Shown here in pieces: positions 52,902 to 63,141 of a stretch of DNA of 64,000 nucleotides. Below the pieces are notes generated by a model. That model saw nothing but the letters and a program-made list of their open reading frames with translations. It was not told where the DNA came from and ran no database searches. The DNA comes from Tetramitus jugosus (taxonomy: Eukaryota; Protista; Heterolobosea), in NCBI GenBank assembly GCA_937625935.1, contig OW569375.1:62001-126000 (forward strand). Direction: 5' to 3'. Positions within the stretch are counted from its first letter, which is position 1, and each line of letters opens with the position of its first letter. The position numbers and the translations under genes were made by a program.

Positions 52902-54944
52902 ATGGCAAGAACCAAACAAAGTGGTATGACCCCAAGAAAGCAAGTTTCCCACCACCTGGTGGACGACGACGATAACGAACACACAGTCTCCACTGTGGAC
53001 AGAGACAACGACCAACATAATATAGACAAGGAATTATCATCATCGTCATCATCATCATCTAGTGACGAAGAAAGTGATGACTCATCATCATCTAGTGATT
53101 CTGATTCTGATTCAGAATCGTCGTCATCTGATGACAGTTCATCATCGGATGAGTCATCTCCAGAAGAGGAACACATTAGAGCTCCAATCGTTGGTGAGAC
53201 TCAATGGATACCTGATGAGATCATGTACAATATTTTCTCTTTTTTGGACTCGAGAACCGTCAAGAACAATCGTCTCGTGTGCAAAAACTGGTTCAGATTG
53301 GTGTTTGATGAGGGAGGTGCATTCTGGATGGAGAAATTGAAGCAATTGGTCAATATTGAGCACAGAAAACGTCCTCCTCGTTATCACTACCACAACCGAG
53401 TCGAGCCAGAACAACAAGTTGCTGAGGCCTGTGAAAAATATTTTCCACCCATCGAGGGCTGCTGCATGTTAGAAAGAGGCGAGTCCAAGTGTTCTTTATG
53501 TGACATTCGAGGGTATGTGGCACACAGTCGACGTTTGATTCCATTTTGTGACACCTGCCTCCGAGAAAAGTTAATCTCGCTCCCAATGTTGAGAAACACT
53601 TATGGCGTGCCAGAAACAGTGCTCAAGTCACTCGTATTGGTACATCGGCATCCCAAGCATAAAGACGTGCTCAAGACAGAAGTTGTTTATATGTTGGGTG
53701 ATGGCAATTATCAAAAGGGATTGGATAAATTGGTTGAGTATAAAAGAGCTGTTGGAACGAGCAGTCAAACGAAGTACAATACTTTTTTGGAGAATAGAAC
53801 ACGATGGTTGCGCTTATTGACGACATACTTGCTGAACAATGGTTTCTTGGAGGAAGATATTGGAATGATTGTGGATCATCATCAAAACGATTATCTCACA
53901 AGTGCTTATCAGCTCGTGGAGTGTGGGCTCCAAATGATTTCCCCCTCCATCGATGCCAAAGAATGGACAGATCTCCAAATTTTAGCCATTGCATCATCGG
54001 TTAGTTACGAATTGGATAAGGCATATCTGAAGTATCCTCACTTGGTGATTCATGCTTTTTTTATCTCAAGTGCATGGACATACAAACGCACTTGTATCAA
54101 CAAGTTTGAAGAAGTTGTGAATAGAAAATCAACTCCTTCAGAATTGAACACACTTTATCGCAAGTACTGTGGAGTTGTCGATGACTCTTGGGGTCACACT
54201 TTGGATTCAATTGAGGAAAAGATATCCAGGAATGTGCAACAATTGATCCAAGAGACATTGAAATGGCAACAATTGAGAAGATGTGTCCAAGAAAGGAGCA
54301 ATGAAAAGTATTCATTGGATGATGAACTGCCTAAAATGACACGTAATATCCTGAAACAGTTTAACACAAACAGTGATGATGCTGAACAGTATGCACAAAA
54401 CTTGATCGAAATTATGGACCGAGAATATGAATTCAAGATGTTGATTGAACAATTGGGATATGACTATGAAGGAGTAACAGTGCCAGAAGGAGTTAAAGGG
54501 TTCATCAAAAAAGGAACAGCCACAAGTCAGCTTCACACTGGCTCTCGAGTGTACGATGTGCTCTCTGCTGTCAATTATACCGTGCAGTTTATTCAAAAAG
54601 TATCACACAAAGTGCATGGAAAGTATGATGTTGCAAGTAATGTTGTTTTATCTGCGTTTGCCACTGAACCATCTGCCATTATCAAAGAAGCAATGGAAAA
54701 AGAAGTATTTTCAAATCCTTCGGTCCGTGGATTGAGAAAGATATTCTGGAGGGACTTCAACAACGGTCGAAGTTTTATGATCAAGCGATACACTGGCAAG
54801 CGAGCTTATGACAAAGTTGAGCACATACTCAGGGGAGAAGAAGAGAAACCAAACGTGGAACAAATACGCCCAACTACAAGACGTTGGCCAATTGTCCAAC
54901 GTGTCTCCTCTCGAAAACGCCAAAAGTTCTCATCTTACTCATAA
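52902..54944 (+). CDS. F-box protein with histone H3-like N-terminus, acidic tract and XPA-like Zn-finger region
   Basis: ATG at 52902 after an A/C-rich leader; MARTKQSGMTPRKQV; S/D/E tract; F-box IPDEIMYNIFSFL...RLVCKNW; CSLC...FCDTC followed by KLIS......YGV....LKSL. Confidence 0.85.
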   Translation: MARTKQSGMTPRKQVSHHLVDDDDNEHTVSTVDRDNDQHNIDKELSSSSSSSSSDEESDDSSSSSDSDSDSESSSSDDSSSSDESSPEEEHIRAPIVGETQWIPDEIMYNIFSFLDSRTVKNNRLVCKNWFRLVFDEGGAFWMEKLKQLVNIEHRKRPPRYHYHNRVEPEQQVAEACEKYFPPIEGCCMLERGESKCSLCDIRGYVAHSRRLIPFCDTCLREKLISLPMLRNTYGVPETVLKSLVLVHRHPKHKDVLKTEVVYMLGDGNYQKGLDKLVEYKRAVGTSSQTKYNTFLENRTRWLRLLTTYLLNNGFLEEDIGMIVDHHQNDYLTSAYQLVECGLQMISPSIDAKEWTDLQILAIASSVSYELDKAYLKYPHLVIHAFFISSAWTYKRTCINKFEEVVNRKSTPSELNTLYRKYCGVVDDSWGHTLDSIEEKISRNVQQLIQETLKWQQLRRCVQERSNEKYSLDDELPKMTRNILKQFNTNSDDAEQYAQNLIEIMDREYEFKMLIEQLGYDYEGVTVPEGVKGFIKKGTATSQLHTGSRVYDVLSAVNYTVQFIQKVSHKVHGKYDVASNVVLSAFATEPSAIIKEAMEKEVFSNPSVRGLRKIFWRDFNNGRSFMIKRYTGKRAYDKVEHILRGEEEKPNVEQIRPTTRRWPIVQRVSSRKRQKFSSYS

Positions 54945-55157
54945 CTTTTAATAACATCGTAAATAATATTATTTATTAAGATTACTTGAAATGGGGGCTT
55001 AGTTTGGTCTTGTTTGGTGGGAAGGTTTGAATGTGCAGACCAACAACATATGCACACACAAACGTTGTTGTGGCTGACAGTCAAAATGTTACATTGGTGA
55101 TTCTTGGGAGCTAAAATGGGTGGTAATGATGGTGGTGGCGGTGGTGAATGGTCCTTC

Positions 55158-56170
55158 TTATTCGAGACAGACAATGTCCACATCGAACCACAGTTGCTTG
55201 GAACGAATCTTGGCCAATCCTGCTGCCATTTCACGAATGGGCCGAGCTTCCCTCCACAGTGCCTCTTCGGTCAAATAGGTTGAAATCTCTGGAAAGCTGT
55301 ACATTTCAGCCAATCCTGCCGCAGTCTTATCAATCTTTCCACACTTGTGATAAATGTCCACATTAAAATCCTTGACTAACATTTTGACACATTCGAAATG
55401 ACCCAATTGTGCGCACCACATGAGTGGTGTGTATGCCCATTCCGATGGTTGCTTAATGTCTGGTTGCTCACCAAATTCAATCAACACCCGTATAAAGTCT
55501 GCATGTCCCTGCAGTGCCGCAAAATGAATGGGCCTGCTGCCGTCCTTTGTCACAGAATCAATCAATGCACCATTCTCCAACAGGTAACGACCAGTTTCGA
55601 TGCGATTGTAATATGCGGCCCAATGCAATGGGAACCACAAGTCATTTTCTTTGCCTTCATTCAGATTCTGTCCATGTTTGTGAAGCAATTTGACAATTTC
55701 AAGGAATCCGTATCGGCATGCGAGAAGAATGGGAATCCAGTATTCTCTCTCGGATTTTTCATTGTACTGACAACCCTTCTCTAGGAAGAATTGAACGAGT
55801 TGGGTGTGTCCTTTTTGGGTAGCCCACAACAATGGTGTATATCTCCACTCATCTGTTGGTTGTACGTAAAAAAAAGATTTGACGGGTGTCAGTCATCGGA
55901 CAATCGGAAAAAAGAATCGGAAAAAAATAGCAGTAGTACCGTACCATTGGTTCTTACGGTGAGGTATTGAGTATTGCCTCGGACAAGGTCAACGACCTGT
56001 TGATAATGATTATTCTTGACGTGAGAGAAAAAGCTTGCGATATCATTAGGAGTGAGCGCAACAGTGTTTGGCTGTTGTTGACTCGTCGACGTAGCAAACA
56101 TTGGTTGGTGGTTGTCGGCGCTTGGAGTGTCGCAAGAGGATGATGTAGATGATGGGTCAGTTCCTAACAT
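55158..56170 (-). CDS. Ankyrin-repeat protein; intron 55853-55944
   Basis: Repeats YTPLLWA, FPLHWAA, RPIHFAA, YTPLMWCA; GT-AG intron joins the two ORFs in frame. Confidence 0.92.
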
Positions 56171-57470
56171 TATTGTCTGTCTCTGTGTTGTGTGTTGTTT
56201 GTTGTGTGTTTTTTGGTTTGTTGAGCTCCTTTTTTTGTCTTGTGGCTTTCGGGTTTTGCTTTGGAACGGTGCCTGTTGCTGTTGCTTGAACGGAGAGTTT
56301 TGATGTTTTGGGTTTTTTTGCTCCTTGTGTGATGTGACTGGTTGTTTCTGGTGCTTGCTGTTGTATGTGAGTGTGGACTATAACCAAAAGAACAGGAGTT
56401 GTTGTTGTTTTGTGGTTGTTTCAAGGGGCACGAGGTTTGCTTGTTGTGTTTGGTTTTTCTCTGCAGAGTTCGGTTAGTTAGGGCTTTTATGCTTGTCGCA
56501 GAGAGGGGTCCCAGGCTTTCGAAACTCAGCAGAGTTGTTTGATTGAGGAAAGGAGACAACAATGACGAGCGGGAGAACTGCGAGTGTGTCTGACCGTACC
56601 AGGCTCATGACGGAGGTAGTCAAATTCGCTACCCCAGGAAATTGGTCCGATAGGATGATAGCTTTTACAACGTCAAATTGTCATCCAATTTTTGGTCCAT
56701 TCTTCGGTTTTGATAGTATTCATTGTAAGAGAATCTTTCTCATGAGGATAGCAAGATTCAACAAGGTTCCTGACATCTCCTATCGCCAACCAACGACTTG
56801 TGATTCGCTATGCGAAACTCATTCCTGTCTTGAGGAGAATCACGTTCACAGTTCTTGAGAAGACAGTTCTTGCCTAACAAGCATCGCATACCTTTCTTTA
56901 TTCACTCTGTTTATGCAGTACATCAAATCTCGGGAAAATAAGCTAGAACAACAACTCTTGACATAAAGATTTGAATATGTCCTGTCATTCACTTGTAAAA
57001 CAGGTTAGGTATTGTCTTGTCAAACAGCGTTCACTGCTTTAAACATTGGCTCTATGCAGATTATCTCAGGAAGAAGGCACATAACGGGGAAAGGAAGACC
57101 AAAACCAAACTGGACGGAGGAAATCGGAGAAAAACAAAAATAGAAATCAACGTCACATTCTTTTTGTGCGCGAACTAGGTAATCACACACCAAATCAGAA
57201 AAACTTTCGTTTACGACTGAGAGCGAACGATCAAAGGCAAAAAAAATCATCAAAGCCACGCAAGCACCAAAACAACAAGCAGTAGAGAAAACCCACACAG
57301 CCACATCACACGGAGCGCACCACCTTTGATTTCGCAACCAAAAAAAACCAGCGTCTTTTATCCTCGAACGCATCCACCACACGCACCACACGAAAAAAAA
57401 TCTTCTCCGTAACGATCACACCACCAATCAGTAATAACAACAATCACACAACACACCGATTAAAAACAGT

Positions 57471-59009
57471 ATGATTCCACGAACAGGTGCGACCTTTCTG
57501 AGGAACTTTTCTTCATCTTCCTCTCAACAACAACAACAACAACAACAGCAACAACAACAGCAACAGCAACAACAAATGTACAATCAACAATTTGCTCCAG
57601 CGCCGTATTATACGACCAATAGCATGAACAGCAATGTGGCTGTCGTGTCATCAGGTGCCTCCACCGCTTCTTCTTTCCCACAATCTCAACATCTTCATTC
57701 TCACCATCATTCTCATCCATCATCCACACCACACCCTCATCATCCATCCCAACAACAACAAATCTCACCCTCTGCTCACCAATACTCTTTCCAACAACAA
57801 CAACAACAACAACCATCACAGTTTATTCACCAACAATCATATACTCAAATGATGCAACAACAACAAGAGGCCAATCAAAGGACAATGTGGATCCAACAAC
57901 AACAAATTCAAGCTTTCCTCAAGGAAAAACTCTCATCTCTTCCGCTCAATGTTCGCTTCAACATTTTGGATTTTATGGACGTGGATTGTGGTGTTTTTGA
58001 CTTTGGTATCTTCAATTTGAAGCTCGCACTGCAGACTGTGTTTGTCAGGAGACCGAATCAATACTCACTGCCGACGACAAGCAACCATCACTCCATGATG
58101 AACACGAGTAACAATATCAATTATAATAGTAATAGTAATAATAGTAGTGGTGGTAGTGGTACGAACACTGTACAAAAGAGCAGCAGTGGACCACAATTAG
58201 TGGACTCCAAGTATGCCATTCTTGCATTCAAAAACATTCGAATCAGAGCATTCCAATGCAGTCCAGTTCTCTCCCTGTGCCATCAATTCAACAGTCTCAC
58301 AATCACTGAGCTGTCCCTCCATCAATTGTCCACCATTACGACCTATTGTCGTAAATTGACACGATTGGCCATTGGTCATCAATCACGTATCGTAGATCAA
58401 TGGGTCACTTGTTTATTGGAGATGAAATCGTTGAAGCAGTTGAGTGTGGAGAGTTGTGAGAGATTGAGTCACAATGGATTAGCAAACTTGTTTTTGCATC
58501 CATCAGTGGTGAATCTGCGGTTGAATCGAGTCACCTTTTCCAGTCTGGAGATTTTTAATAGCTTGAAGCTGATGAACAGAGTGTTGGTCACATTGGAACT
58601 GTCTCATCGCAATGGAGACTTGTGGTTGGACGATGATACATTTATCATTTTGTCTCAACATCCAACGATACGACACATTATGCTGAGCAACTTTTTGATT
58701 CGTGAACGATACACGTGGTTAACATCTCCCAACTGCAGATTGGAAACTTTCTCATTGGCCAATTGTGAGATTCAGAATCATCCATTGTTCATGAATGAAT
58801 TGTCTCAGAACACATCCATCACCAGTCTCAATTTTGCTGTCCAGCCAGAGATGAAGTATGAAACGTTGGGTGCAGTGTTGAATATGAAGAATTTGAGGAG
58901 ATTGGAGGTGGACAGTGGAATATGGTTCCATGATGTCGATGTGACTCAAATGATTCACTTGAGGCGTGCTCTCAACGCCAGAAATGTGCAATTCATCGAA
59001 TGGCCATAA
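57471..59009 (+). CDS. PolyQ-rich protein with degenerate F-box and leucine-rich repeats
   Basis: LSSLPLNVRFNILDFM (F-box-like), LRRs LKQLSVESC, LETFSLANC, ITSLNF, LRRLEV. Confidence 0.8.
   Translation: MIPRTGATFLRNFSSSSSQQQQQQQQQQQQQQQQQMYNQQFAPAPYYTTNSMNSNVAVVSSGASTASSFPQSQHLHSHHHSHPSSTPHPHHPSQQQQISPSAHQYSFQQQQQQQPSQFIHQQSYTQMMQQQQEANQRTMWIQQQQIQAFLKEKLSSLPLNVRFNILDFMDVDCGVFDFGIFNLKLALQTVFVRRPNQYSLPTTSNHHSMMNTSNNINYNSNSNNSSGGSGTNTVQKSSSGPQLVDSKYAILAFKNIRIRAFQCSPVLSLCHQFNSLTITELSLHQLSTITTYCRKLTRLAIGHQSRIVDQWVTCLLEMKSLKQLSVESCERLSHNGLANLFLHPSVVNLRLNRVTFSSLEIFNSLKLMNRVLVTLELSHRNGDLWLDDDTFIILSQHPTIRHIMLSNFLIRERYTWLTSPNCRLETFSLANCEIQNHPLFMNELSQNTSITSLNFAVQPEMKYETLGAVLNMKNLRRLEVDSGIWFHDVDVTQMIHLRRALNARNVQFIEWP
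57524..57574 (+). repeat. (CAA/CAG)n trinucleotide repeat encoding polyQ
   Basis: caacaacaacaacaacaacagcaa... seen directly. Confidence 0.9.
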
Positions 59010-59245
59010 GAGAGACAACTATTTGACATGATCTACCAAAAAAGAAAATGAATAGGTGCTCACCACACCTATCATTACAACAAGAGGACCAACAATCGTG
59101 ATAATGATCCGTATTGTTCGCTCACAAAAATAAATTGATACTTTATACGAACCATCATTTGACGACGAATCATTATGGTGCTTGTATACAATGAGCATTT
59201 TTTATTTGATATCCGCATCTCAACCAAGTTCTTGCCACTATCTTT

Positions 59246-59322
59246 CTGCTTTGATAATTGTCATGATACAATACAGGCACGCAATGACCCTTCAACAATG
59301 TATCAGTCATGTATAAAAACAG
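59246..59322 (-). promoter_or_regulatory. SECIS element (type II-like) in the GPx 3' UTR
   Basis: Minus strand CUGUUUU..AUGAC-UGAUACAUUGU-UGAA-GGGUCAUUGCGUGCCU-GUAUUGUAUCA-UGAC..AAAGCAG: helix I, UGA/GA quartet, helix II, apical AA and mini-stem. Confidence 0.85.
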
Positions 59323-59377
59323 TTTGATCTGAGCCTCGAACGGGAGAATTAGACTTTTGGGACCAATTGTAAAGCTT

Positions 59378-59953
59378 TTACAAAAGCTTGGCAATATCAT
59401 TCTCAAAGCTTAATGGTCCAGTAGTGCTTGCATATCTGTGCAACACTTCACCTTGCTTATTGACCAAGAACTTTGTGTAGTTCCATTTGATTTCATTGGT
59501 CAAGAAACCTGCAGCCTTCTTTTTGAGGAAGGCATACAATGGATGAGTGGTCGAACCATTGACATCAATCTTTGCAAATAAACGATAGGTGGCACCCTTG
59601 TTCTTTGCAAATTCCTTGATTTCATCGGGGGTACCAGGTTCTTGGCCGCCAAATTGATTACATGGAAAAGCTAACACTTCAAAACCTCTTGAATTATACT
59701 TTTCATAGAGTGTTTGCAATTCAGCTGTGCATATCAAGTCACACAACGTGTAAGTGAGCCGAGCTGAACAACAACAGTTGTGATGACGATCCAAAACCAA
59801 AAAATGTGGTGTCGTGTACTTACTGTAATTTTTGGCGGCTAAACCTCACTTGGAGGCAACATTGACTACAATGACAACCTTGTCAGCGTAGTCTCGCATG
59901 GATACTTCATTGCCATCGATATCGGTGGCAGTAAAGTCGTAAAAGTGTGACAT
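59378..59953 (-). CDS. GPX: Selenocysteine glutathione peroxidase (PHGPx/GPx4-like); exons 59953-59824 and 59724-59378; Sec TGA at 59846-59848
   Basis: VNVASK(TGA)GL..KNY|TEL at the catalytic position, LAFPCNQFGGQEPG, IKWNYTKFLV; GTAAGT...CAG intron; downstream SECIS. Confidence 0.95.
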
Positions 59954-60085
59954 GATATGTTTTGTTTGTTTCGGTTTGGTTCCAGAGAAAGAGGAAAAAT
60001 GCGCACAAGTGGTTCGAGTTCTTGATGGCGATTCAAAGAGAACAAGACGGCTAAAAGACGGGAATTTAAACCACAAACAGTGTGT

Positions 60086-62455
60086 TTATACTGTAAAAGA
60101 TACATGAGAGTAGGACATTTGGAGCATATCTAGGACCTCCTTGGAGAGCAGAGGACATTTTTCAACTTTCAACTCCCGAAGTCCACTTCGTTTTAGGTGA
60201 CGGCATGAAGAATTAGAACTGTTTGCTACTTCTTCTTGGATGCGCTTTGGATTGCACAGTGTGTTGCACAGCTTCTTGAGCACCGTGTCCGTAATATTGT
60301 TGCACTCACTAACGTCTAACCGGATCAGATAGATACACAAACCAACATAATCGAGTCCAGTGTTGTCAATCTGATAGCACTTTCTCAGTTGCAAGTCTTC
60401 TAGGTGATGCAGAGTTGTCAGGAATCCCAAGCCGCGGTTTGTAAATTGTCTGCAACCGGTGAGATTCAATTGTTGCAACGTATTACCCAAATGTTCGCTA
60501 ATGTACTCAAGGGACAGATCTGTAATATTGTCACAACGCTTGAGATTCAACACCGTAAGATTGGGAGAGCCTTCTACAATGGTCTTAATACCTTGATCTG
60601 TAATGTGGTCTGAAAATGCAAGTACTAGTTCCTTCAAGTTCTTTGTCCACATATTTAAATTGTTCATACAACTGTCGCTTGTTAATTTACAACCCATCAT
60701 AGTAATACGCTCTAGTTTGGGTAATCCATCTGGAGCATCAATTCCTGATAGAGTAGCCTTATCACAACCTGTTAGATTCAGCGACTTTAGACCCTTACAC
60801 GCGTTGAGAATGTACGATAATCCCTTGTTGGTTATAAATCTACAGCATTGCAGATTCAGTACTTCAAGGGCAGTCAACTGGCTTATACTTTGAAGTCCTT
60901 CATCAGTAATTTTGTGACAGAAGGTCACGTCCAAAAATTGAAGCGTATTCTTGGATTTACTAGTGGCCAAGTGCCGAAGTCCAAGATCACTAATGTGCAC
61001 ACAGCCAGTGAGATCCAAACTGACAAGATGTTCAAACTGAGCTAGATAAATCAGAGCATTATCGTTCACCTTGGTGCAGCCTTTCAGATTGAGATCTCTC
61101 AAGTTTTGACAAAAGAATGTCAAATATTTGATTCCGTTTTCGGTGATGTGATGACAACCAAGAAAGTTTAGAGACTTGAGTGTGTGCAGTCCATAATGTG
61201 GCTCCACACCACTCTTTTGGGAATGGTTCTGTCTCTGATCTCCTGATCTTGGTGGTGGATACACATAAGAGATGTGAGTGTAGTACTGAAGGTTGTACGA
61301 GTTTGAAACGCCAAATTTTTGCAAATGTACGCGCTTCTGGTTCGCCAATTGAGCCAATCTTCTCTGGGATGCTGTTATTCTCAATTCGGAGTGAGATGAG
61401 ATTTCACTCATCGAATTGTAGGAACCAGACTCAGAACTGAACTCATCTTCGTCCACCAATGTAAAATCATTTTGTGTGTCCAGGTCACTGTCTTCATAGA
61501 TTGTGTCACCAGTGAATGAACCAGTCATATCATCCAAACTGTCCAAATGAGACTCATAATCAAAATTAAAGTCGTACGAACCAGACAATGGATCATCCTT
61601 TGGTACAGACAAATAATCTGCATTACTATAAATGTACTTGTGAGCCAATTGTAACAATCCCTTGTCTGTGAGTTGAAAATCTTCACTTGAACCAGTGTTG
61701 CACAGATCCAACGACTCCAATCGAACAAATTTGCGAACGACTTGAACAAAATTGTCCTCTTTCATTCTTCGTAGCTTGCCTCGAACTTCCACAGTGTGAG
61801 CGCACTGGAACCACAAGACTGCAAATCGACGACTCACTCGCGCAGTTCTTGCCAAATCAACTACAGGTACGTAGCGGAATATAGACATGACCAATTCATC
61901 TGGTAGGTGATCAAAGCAAATCTCAACATCATCATCCACAAATGAAGTATCATCTGAACATACATCCAGCTCTGATTCTCCGAGGTACTTATTGTTGTTG
62001 CTATTATGGTATTGATTCTTGTTGTTGGATGATTGTAGTTTTGTGGATGGACGAGTCCATGGTGCGGTTACTGTTGTCGTTGTTGTTGTTGTTGTTGGGA
62101 ATCGTTGCTGGATTCTAGGATCAGAACCGTAGTAGGGCGACAGGAATTGCTTCTTTTTTGAGCGGGAACCAGAGGAGCGCACCGGAGAATTTTTGCTCGA
62201 TTTACTGCGTCGCAAGAGTTGTTTTTGAAGCTTGAGTTTTTGGATTTGTTGTTCGTTTAGGTTGATTGTTGATGCAGTGTCAATGACCAAGTGTGGTGTG
62301 CTGGATACACACACATGTGCGTTCAACAATGATGAGGACGATGATTTTTTCGGTTGTTGAGAGGCACTATTACTATTGTTGTTGCTAGTGAGGGGAGTGG
62401 TAGGTTTGACACCGGAGCCTTTCGTGCCCACAGAAGGAACCTTGTTGTTGTGCAT
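60086..62455 (-). CDS. F-box/LRR (FBXL-type) protein
   Basis: FDHLPDELVMSIFRYV F-box; many LxxLxLxGCxxITDxG cysteine-containing LRRs. Confidence 0.93.
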   Translation of the reverse strand: MHNNKVPSVGTKGSGVKPTTPLTSNNNSNSASQQPKKSSSSSLLNAHVCVSSTPHLVIDTASTINLNEQQIQKLKLQKQLLRRSKSSKNSPVRSSGSRSKKKQFLSPYYGSDPRIQQRFPTTTTTTTTVTAPWTRPSTKLQSSNNKNQYHNSNNNKYLGESELDVCSDDTSFVDDDVEICFDHLPDELVMSIFRYVPVVDLARTARVSRRFAVLWFQCAHTVEVRGKLRRMKEDNFVQVVRKFVRLESLDLCNTGSSEDFQLTDKGLLQLAHKYIYSNADYLSVPKDDPLSGSYDFNFDYESHLDSLDDMTGSFTGDTIYEDSDLDTQNDFTLVDEDEFSSESGSYNSMSEISSHSELRITASQRRLAQLANQKRVHLQKFGVSNSYNLQYYTHISYVYPPPRSGDQRQNHSQKSGVEPHYGLHTLKSLNFLGCHHITENGIKYLTFFCQNLRDLNLKGCTKVNDNALIYLAQFEHLVSLDLTGCVHISDLGLRHLATSKSKNTLQFLDVTFCHKITDEGLQSISQLTALEVLNLQCCRFITNKGLSYILNACKGLKSLNLTGCDKATLSGIDAPDGLPKLERITMMGCKLTSDSCMNNLNMWTKNLKELVLAFSDHITDQGIKTIVEGSPNLTVLNLKRCDNITDLSLEYISEHLGNTLQQLNLTGCRQFTNRGLGFLTTLHHLEDLQLRKCYQIDNTGLDYVGLCIYLIRLDVSECNNITDTVLKKLCNTLCNPKRIQEEVANSSNSSCRHLKRSGLRELKVEKCPLLSKEVLDMLQMSYSHVSFTV

Positions 62456-62712
62456 GTCGCGTGTTTTGTTTGTTGTTTGTTTTGACCAAACTGAATTTTT
62501 AGCTTTGGGCTGTCACTCAGTGACGAATTCTCCAACAAACAACGAACTGTGCACGAACATACGACGGTGGTAAACACCAAGATAATCTCTCAATATTTTA
62601 TGAAATAAACATTTCGGTTTCTCCTATCATTCATGAAACGACGCCATTCACTCAAATTGTTTGGGCGCCAATAATTTTTTTGGTACATCCATGAAAATTC
62701 TATTAATATCTA

Positions 62713-62785
62713 GGTCGTTTAGCTCAGACGGTAGAGCGTTGGTCTAATAAGCCATTGGTCGCAGGTTCGATCCCTGCAACGACCA
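62713..62785 (+). tRNA. tRNA-Ile (AAU)
   Basis: GGTCGTT/AACGACC acceptor stem, TAGCTCAGACGGTAGAGC D-arm, loop CT-AAT-AA, GGTTCGATCC T-arm, TTCTTTT terminator. Confidence 0.95.
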
Positions 62786-63141
62786 TTCTTTTGAGTGTCT
62801 ATCAAGTATTTTTAGAATAATCTCATAGTTACAACAAGCGCAGAATTTATCGGTGAAAAACATTCTGATAACAACAGCCGAACAACAACAAAATAATTTC
62901 ACTTCTTGTCATTGTCCAACGTTGTCCAACCAACGAAACATTTTATATTGAGAGAATTCACAGCTCCCCTCTCTCTGTACATAGCTAACTACAACAACAA
63001 CAACTCTGGAAACAAAACTGCACAAAACATTGTTTTCTTCAATCGCCCAGTCTCACAGTATTTCCTATCTATCGTACCATCCATATATCATTGAAGATTA
63101 CCTATTTCTGAAAGTTGACAACTGAAAACAATCATTACGCC

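Noticed and set aside
56508-56535. CCAGG...GAAAC..AGCAG resembling SRP RNA helix 8
   Set aside because: Spacing and pairing around the tetraloop do not fit, and no Alu domain or helix 5/6 could be folded by eye.
35220-62785. Functional cluster of PUS3, EndoV and inosine-bearing tRNA-Ile(AAU)
   Set aside because: The genes are far apart among unrelated genes; no evidence beyond coincidence.
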